The notes beneath the pieces were generated by a model. That model saw nothing but the letters and a program-made list of their open reading frames with translations, had not been told where the DNA came from and searched no databases. From an uncultured Solirubrobacteraceae bacterium (GTDB taxonomy: Bacteria; Actinomycetota; Thermoleophilia; Solirubrobacterales; Solirubrobacteraceae), in the NCBI GenBank assembly GCA_964588985.1, contig CAZPQW010000008.1:68509-132508 (forward strand): a DNA stretch of 64,000 bases, written 5' to 3'. Each line of letters begins with the position of its first letter. Positions within the stretch are counted from its first letter, which is position 1. Shown here piece by piece: positions 58,440 through 64,000 of this stretch. The position numbers and the translations under genes are program-made.

Positions 58440-59753
58440 ATGAAAGCTCGCCGCGCGATGGTGGCTGCAGTCTTGCGGCTGAGACGGGTCCCCTGGATTT
58501 GGAACAGGCTGGTCGCGGCGCTGGATGACCTCCGGCTGCTCGAGGGCTTGAGCCGGCCGTGGTGGCTGTATCGGGCTGAGGGGCGCGTGCCGGCGAGCAA
58601 GATCGTGAAGCGCTCGCCACGGCCTGTCACGAATGAGGATGTCGCACTTTGCGAGCGGCTGCTGACGGCGTTCACGAAGGCCACCGGCAGCGGCTCTACC
58701 GAGGGTGCGTCTGGGATATGGGGATGGATCATCGACAACCACTACGGTCGGCTCGTCGAAACGCTGGAGAGCCGCGATGCACCGGCGCTCGCCCGCCTCC
58801 TCGCGTCGATGTTCCAGGAGGAGTTCGTGTCCGGGATCACAGGTGATGCGGGCATCGATCATCACGAGACGAGGTTCGGAGCACGCATGTTGAGCCTCAG
58901 ATCGCTCGACAGCCTCGTGTCGTTGGCGGAGGCGATCGGCGCCGTGCCAGTCGAGTCAGCTGGACAGGGGCAGGCCGGGGTGGCGTTCCACGGCGGGCTC
59001 GCTGGTCTACTCGCACGAGTGGACGAGGCTCTTGGCTTTCGGATCGACTTCCCCGACATCGGTGCTCCCTGCGGCCTCGTCGTCGATGGACGCCTCGTAA
59101 CGCAGAACACTCCCGAGCAGGTATATGCGGCGCTGCGACTGGATCAGGCGGGACGCAATCACTTGCCGTCGCGCTCGGAGGCTGATCTCGAGATCGTTGA
59201 GATCGGCGGCGGCTACGGCGGTATGTGTTATTGGTTCCTATGTCTGCGTCCCGACATCGCCCGCTACACGATCGTCGATCTCCCGATCACGAACGTTCTG
59301 CAGGGTTACTTCTTGTCTCAGGCTTTGGGGCCGGGAGTCGTATCACTCTTCGGCGAGCCGCCGGCTCAGGTGAGGCTGCTTCCAGATTCCGCTCTCGCGG
59401 AAGTCGATGCACCGTTCGACATCATGGTGAACAAGGACGGCATGCCGGAGATGCCGCACGACACCATGGTGAACTACCTTGAGTGGGGACGCGCCAACTG
59501 CGACGGGCTCTTCTTCAGTTACAACCAAGAGGCGCGGGCTGAATACCACAAAGAATGGACCCAGGGCGTGGTTTCAGACGCGATCGAGCGAATCGGCGGC
59601 TTCACTCGCATCCGTCGTGACCATTCGTGGCTCAGGCGGGGTCATGTCGAGGAGATCTACATAAGGTCCGACATGTATCGGGCGGGGGTGGCGGTCAGGC
59701 CCGCGAGAATGGCCGATGATGCGCAGCACCGAGACGATCTAGCACCGCGGTGA
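58440..59753 (+). CDS. Putative sugar O-methyltransferase
   Basis: IVEIGGGYG, YTIVDLP, N..GMPEM; atypical codon usage. Confidence 0.72.
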   Translation: MKARRAMVAAVLRLRRVPWIWNRLVAALDDLRLLEGLSRPWWLYRAEGRVPASKIVKRSPRPVTNEDVALCERLLTAFTKATGSGSTEGASGIWGWIIDNHYGRLVETLESRDAPALARLLASMFQEEFVSGITGDAGIDHHETRFGARMLSLRSLDSLVSLAEAIGAVPVESAGQGQAGVAFHGGLAGLLARVDEALGFRIDFPDIGAPCGLVVDGRLVTQNTPEQVYAALRLDQAGRNHLPSRSEADLEIVEIGGGYGGMCYWFLCLRPDIARYTIVDLPITNVLQGYFLSQALGPGVVSLFGEPPAQVRLLPDSALAEVDAPFDIMVNKDGMPEMPHDTMVNYLEWGRANCDGLFFSYNQEARAEYHKEWTQGVVSDAIERIGGFTRIRRDHSWLRRGHVEEIYIRSDMYRAGVAVRPARMADDAQHRDDLAPR

Positions 59754-60369
59754 GCACCGCCGTGACCTCCTCGGTGGCGGCTTCCTCGGCTGCCTGCAGT
59801 TCAGTGGCGATGTCAGCGGAAGGCTCCGTGGGCTCCTCTGCGATCTCCTCCGGGGCGGACTCGGGCGCGGTGAGTTCCGGCTCCGGCTCGGTGGCCAGCT
59901 CCGCGACTGGGATCGGCTCGGCGCCAGGCTGAGCGCGGCGCCGGAAGAGTCGCGAGAAGAAGCTGCGACGCGGTTCTACGGCCGGCGCGGTCTCATGGGC
60001 TTCGCACTCTGGCTCTGCAATTGTGGGCTCTCGTGTTGGCGGGGGCGGCGGCTCTACGACGACCTCGGTCTCGCCTTTCGCCTCGTCGCCCGGCTCGCCG
60101 CTTTCGGCCGTCGCTGGCGCCGGCTCGGGCTCGACCATCTCGCGGGTCACGCTCAGCGTCACCTTCGTCCCCCACCCCGAGGCCTTGATCACGACCGTCC
60201 CGGTGGCGCCGTCGGCCTCCCATTCGACGCGCTCTTCCGGCTTTGTCTTGACGATCCGGATCTCGCCCAGCTCGCCGAGGTGGCGGGCGAGCGCTGCAGG
60301 GTCGCTCAGCTCAGCCCATAGCTCGGGCGGAGACTTGACCAGCGTGCGCTGCACCTCCGAGGAGACCAT
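59695..60369 (-). CDS. Hypothetical protein: SRPBCC-like N-terminal domain plus acidic Pro/Glu-rich tail
   Basis: RTLVKSPPELWAELSD, GWGTKV, C-terminal LD.LG.AHHRPFSR; GAGGAG RBS. Confidence 0.65.
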   Translation of the reverse strand: MVSSEVQRTLVKSPPELWAELSDPAALARHLGELGEIRIVKTKPEERVEWEADGATGTVVIKASGWGTKVTLSVTREMVEPEPAPATAESGEPGDEAKGETEVVVEPPPPPTREPTIAEPECEAHETAPAVEPRRSFFSRLFRRRAQPGAEPIPVAELATEPEPELTAPESAPEEIAEEPTEPSADIATELQAAEEAATEEVTAVLTAVLDRLGAAHHRPFSRA

Positions 60370-60428
60370 CGCTCCTCTGTTCGAGCGATCTCGCACGACT
60401 CCTTCCGCGGATGGTCCGTGCGTAGGCT

Positions 60429-61469
60429 CTATGCGGCGGATGGCGCGCCGTGCGCGTGCACGAGACCGCGCTCGTGCAGCAGCTCGGCGATCTGCACGGC
60501 GTTGAGCGCCGCGCCCTTGCGCAGGTTGTCCGCCACGATCCACAGGTCGAGCGCGCGCTCGTGGCCGGGGTCTCGGCGTATCCGCCCCACGAACACGTCG
60601 TCCTTGCCGGCCGCGTCGATCGCGAGCGGATACAGCGCCGCGTCGGGGTCATCGAGCACCGTCACGCCGGGAGCGGCGTCGAGCAGCTCCCGTGCGCGCT
60701 CGGGCGAGAGCTCCTCTCGCGTCTGCACGTTCACCGCCTCTGAGTGCCCGTTGACCACCGGTACGCGCACGCACGTGGCGGACACACGGATGTCCGGATC
60801 GCCGAGGATCTTGCGGGTCTCGTTGATGAGCTTGCGCTCCTCGTCGGTGTGGTCGTCGCCAGGCGCGAACGAGCCGGCGTGCGGAAGGGCGTTGAACGCG
60901 ATCCGGTGCGCGTAGGCGTCTGGAGGCTCGATCTCGTGCTCGTGGAGGAGCGCGTGGGACTGGTCGAGCAGCTCGTCCACCGCGGCCTTTCCGGTGCCGG
61001 AGACGGCCTGGTAGGTGCTGATCACAAGTCGCTCGATCCCCGCCTCGTCGTAGAGCGGCTTGAGTGCGACGACCATCTGCATCGTCGAGCAGTTGGGGTT
61101 CGCAACGATGCCGTGGTGGTCGGCGAGCGCGTCCGGGTTTACCTCGCTGACGACGAGCGGAACGTCGTCGCTCATGCGCCAGCGCGAGGAGTTGTCGATC
61201 ACGATCGCGCCGGCGTCCGCGAAGCGCGGAGCCCACTCGCCGGAGGTCGAGCCGCCGGCCGAGAACAGCGCGATGTCGAAGCCCTGGATCGACTCCTCGC
61301 TCAGGCCCTGCACCACCAGGCCGTCCTCGAGCTCACGCCCGACCGAGCGCTTGGAGGCGAATGGCACGATCTCGCTCGCCGGGAACTCGCGCTCGCGCAG
61401 TAGGCGCAGCATCAGCGTGCCCACCTGCCCGGTGGCGCCTACGACCGCTATTCGGTAGCCCTGGTCCAT
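60429..61469 (-). CDS. asd: Aspartate-semialdehyde dehydrogenase
   Basis: VVGATGQVG, IDNSS.WRM, ANPNCST, TYQAVSG.G, CVRVPV..GH, DNLRKGAALN. Confidence 0.96.
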   Translation of the reverse strand: MDQGYRIAVVGATGQVGTLMLRLLREREFPASEIVPFASKRSVGRELEDGLVVQGLSEESIQGFDIALFSAGGSTSGEWAPRFADAGAIVIDNSSRWRMSDDVPLVVSEVNPDALADHHGIVANPNCSTMQMVVALKPLYDEAGIERLVISTYQAVSGTGKAAVDELLDQSHALLHEHEIEPPDAYAHRIAFNALPHAGSFAPGDDHTDEERKLINETRKILGDPDIRVSATCVRVPVVNGHSEAVNVQTREELSPERARELLDAAPGVTVLDDPDAALYPLAIDAAGKDDVFVGRIRRDPGHERALDLWIVADNLRKGAALNAVQIAELLHERGLVHAHGAPSAA

Positions 61470-61501
61470 CGCGTCAGGGTATCGCGAGCTGGGCCGCGGC
61501 T

Positions 61502-61993
61502 CTACGGCTGAATCGCCATGATGGCGATGGTCACCAGGACGAGCACGCTGAGCAGTGTTCCGACCATGGAGAGGCGACGCACGGTTGCGCGGTACTCGTC
61601 GCTCATCGCGATCGTCCCGTCTCCAGCCGCCGCGATGTCGCGCGTCGCGAGCTGCTCCGCGCGTTTGGCCGTCGGGATCATCACCGCACCGACCAGGCCG
61701 CCGATGACTATCGCGGCGGTCAGCCCCCACTGGACGAAGAACTCGCTCCAGTGATGGCCGTCACTGGCGAGGAACACGCCGGCAGCCACCACCAGCACGA
61801 GGCCGCCGTTGATCAGTGTGCGCTCGATCGTGTACTCGATGCGATGCAGCACGGGCAGCGAGCGAGGGTCCTGCTTGGCGCCGACCGCGAACATCACCGG
61901 GTAGGCGAACGTCACGCCGAACGCGACCACCACGGCCATGATGTGGACGGCGAGGACGAAGTCGTAGAAGGACGCGGCGGGAGCGAGGGGCAT
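61502..61993 (-). CDS. Membrane protein, DUF2269-like
   Basis: Four TM segments; HIMAVVVAFG; ends MAIQP. Confidence 0.7.
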   Translation of the reverse strand: MPLAPAASFYDFVLAVHIMAVVVAFGVTFAYPVMFAVGAKQDPRSLPVLHRIEYTIERTLINGGLVLVVAAGVFLASDGHHWSEFFVQWGLTAAIVIGGLVGAVMIPTAKRAEQLATRDIAAAGDGTIAMSDEYRATVRRLSMVGTLLSVLVLVTIAIMAIQP

Positions 61994-62007
61994 GCGAGCC
62001 AGCCTAC

Positions 62008-63639
62008 TCAGAACGTCGGCGCGTACTTGCCGAAGACGTCCTGCATCGCAGCGCACACCTCGCCCATCGAGCATTTGTCCTTGAGCGCCTGGCGGATCGC
62101 CGGCAGCAGGTTCTCGCTGCCGCGCGAGACCTCGCGCAGCTCCTCCAGCCGCCGCTCCACGAGCGCGTGGTCGCGGTTGGCCTTGAACGCCGCGAGACGG
62201 TCGAGCTGTTCGCGCTCGGACTGGGGGTCCACGCGCAGCAGGTCGGGGACCTCGGCGGCGTCTTCGACGTACTTGTTGACCCCCACGACGATGTCCTGGC
62301 CGATGCGGTAGCGCTCCTGGTAGCCCCACGCCGACTCGTCGATCTCGCCGGTGATGAACTCGATCGCGTTGACCGAGCCGCCCAGCTCGTCCACCTTCTC
62401 GATCAGCTTCTGCGAGCGCTCTTCGATCTCGTCGGTGAGCGCCTCGACGAAGTAGGAGCCCGCGAACGGGTCCACCGTGTCGGTCGCTCCGGACTCGTGC
62501 GCGAGGATCTGCTGCGTGCGGAGCGCGATTTTGGCCGCGCGCTCGGTCGGCAGCGCGAGTGCCTCGTCGAAGCCGTTGGTGTGCAGCGACTGGGTACCGC
62601 CGCACACCGCCGCGAAGCCCTGGAGCGCCACGCGCACGATGTTGTTCTCCGGCTGCTGCGCCGTCAGCGTCACGCCGCCGGTCTGCGTGTGGAAGCGCAG
62701 CATCGTCGCCTTCGGGTTCGTCGCGCCGAAGCGCTCGCGCATGATGTGCGCCCACATACGGCGCGCAGCGCGGAACTTCGCGACCTCCTGGAAGACGTTG
62801 TTGTGGCCGTTGAAGAAGAACGCCAGGCGCGGCGCGAAGTCGTCCACTGACAGGCCCTTGTCGATCGCCGCCTGCACGTAGGCGATGCCAGAGGACAGCG
62901 TGAACGCGACCTCCTGCACCGCCGAGCAGCCCTTCTCGCGGAAGTGGTAGCCGGAGATCGAGATCGTGTTCCACTTCGGCACGTTCCGCTGGCAGTACTC
63001 GAACAGGTCCGTCGTCAGTCGCATCGTGGGCTCGGGCGGGTAGATGTAGTTGCCCCGTGCGATGTACTCCTTGAGCACGTCGTTCTGCGTGGTGCCGCGC
63101 AGCTGCTCGGAGGGCACTCCCTGCTCCTCGCCGACCAGCTCGTACAGCAGCAGCAGGCACGCGGCGGGGGCATTGATCGTCATCGACGTCGAGACCTGAT
63201 CGAGCGGGATGCCGTCGAACGCGGTGCGCATGTCGTCGATCGTGTCGATCGCCACGCCCGTGCGCCCGACCTCGCCGAGGCAGCGCGGGTTGTCGGAGTC
63301 GAGACCCAGCTGGGTGGGCAGGTCGAAGGCCATCGACAGCCCCGTCGAGCCCTTCGAGAGCAGGTAGCGGTAGCGCTCGTTGGACTCCTTCGCCGAGGCG
63401 TAGCCTGCGTACTGGCGCATCGTCCACGTCTGCTTGCGGTACATCTCGCGGTGCACGCCGCGCGCGTAGGGGAACTCGCCGGGCTCTCCGAGCTCGAGGC
63501 TCTCGGGTACGTCGGCCTCCGTGTACAGCTCGGAGATCGCGATGCCCGAGTCGGTGAAGCGACGCGGATCGTCCGGCCCCACGATCGGGGCCACGGTGAG
63601 GTCGTCGGTGTGGTCGTCTGCTGCGCTGGCGGTGGACAT
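62008..63639 (-). CDS. Methylmalonyl-CoA mutase, large substrate-binding subunit without B12-binding domain
   Basis: [16 protein letters not shown] (Tyr, MCM-type), [23 protein letters not shown]. Confidence 0.92.
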   Translation of the reverse strand: MSTASAADDHTDDLTVAPIVGPDDPRRFTDSGIAISELYTEADVPESLELGEPGEFPYARGVHREMYRKQTWTMRQYAGYASAKESNERYRYLLSKGSTGLSMAFDLPTQLGLDSDNPRCLGEVGRTGVAIDTIDDMRTAFDGIPLDQVSTSMTINAPAACLLLLYELVGEEQGVPSEQLRGTTQNDVLKEYIARGNYIYPPEPTMRLTTDLFEYCQRNVPKWNTISISGYHFREKGCSAVQEVAFTLSSGIAYVQAAIDKGLSVDDFAPRLAFFFNGHNNVFQEVAKFRAARRMWAHIMRERFGATNPKATMLRFHTQTGGVTLTAQQPENNIVRVALQGFAAVCGGTQSLHTNGFDEALALPTERAAKIALRTQQILAHESGATDTVDPFAGSYFVEALTDEIEERSQKLIEKVDELGGSVNAIEFITGEIDESAWGYQERYRIGQDIVVGVNKYVEDAAEVPDLLRVDPQSEREQLDRLAAFKANRDHALVERRLEELREVSRGSENLLPAIRQALKDKCSMGEVCAAMQDVFGKYAPTF

Positions 63640-63714
63640 GCGGAGGATCATAAGGACCCGCGACGGGTGGACGTTCGCACGGGCGGAGAACGCTTCCAGG
63701 TATTCTCCCTCGGG

Positions 63715-64000
63715 ATGGCGACCTGTCTTGTCACCGGCGGTGCTGGGTTCCTGGGCTCGCACCTCTGTGACGAGCTGCTTGCGCGCGGCCACCGCGTCAT
63801 CTGCGTGGACAACTTCGAGACGGGGTCGCTCGCGAACATCGAGCACATCCGCGACCCCGAGCGTTTCCTGCACGTGGGCGTGGACATCGTCGAGCCGTAC
63901 TTCATCGACGAGCCGATCGACTTCGTCTACCACCTCGCCTCGCCCGCCTCGCCGATCGACTACCTGCGCCTGCCGCTGCACACGCTCAAGGTCGGCTCCT
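63715..64000 (+). CDS. NAD-dependent epimerase/dehydratase, UDP-glucuronate decarboxylase-like; 3' end lies outside the window
   Basis: MATCLVTGGAGFLGSHLCD..VDNFETG..YHLASPASP.DY, read directly from the sequence. Confidence 0.88.
   Translation, partial: MATCLVTGGAGFLGSHLCDELLARGHRVICVDNFETGSLANIEHIRDPERFLHVGVDIVEPYFIDEPIDFVYHLASPASPIDYLRLPLHTLKVGS

Noticed and set aside
61502-63427. 641-aa ORF implying a mutase-membrane protein fusion or frameshift
   Set aside because: The mutase has its own stop at 62008 and the membrane gene has its own start at 61993. The upstream part of this ORF is an off-frame shadow.
62008-63639. Isobutyryl-CoA mutase, or a truncated pseudogene
   Set aside because: RQYAG has Tyr as in methylmalonyl-CoA mutase. 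Split mutases with a separate B12-binding subunit are common.

Overview
High-GC actinobacterial chromosome segment with about 60 genes. Gene content and style suggest Thermoleophilia/Solirubrobacterales (inference). No rRNA, tRNA, CRISPR array or transposase was recognised. The main accessory feature is a surface-glycan locus at ~1.3-18.8 kb. Its 4960-13027 operon holds a SIS isomerase, HAD-IIIA phosphatase, transaldolase, epimerase, GHMP kinase, Gfo/Idh/MocA oxidoreductase, Cys-less UDP-glucose-dehydrogenase homologue, SDR and nucleotidyltransferase. Family for family this matches the lincosamide GDP-octose module (LmbN/K/R/M/P/Z/L/O), but an SDR stands where the aminotransferase would be. 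The neighbours are a sugar C-methyltransferase, GT2/GT4 transferases, a flippase, FkbM and two tandem GT-C-like membrane proteins, not antibiotic assembly genes. The rest is mostly core metabolism: fumC, gpgS, gpsA, ligC/Prim-Pol, sucCD, acyl-CoA carboxylase subunits split by the sir-cysH-cysD-cysN operon and a GntR-GMC cassette, asd and methylmalonyl-CoA mutase. Between these lie lower-GC islets (secreted proteins plus TlpA, a divergent RHH/Doc pair, lone glycan-modifying genes), several degenerate enzymes, and many leaderless-type starts.
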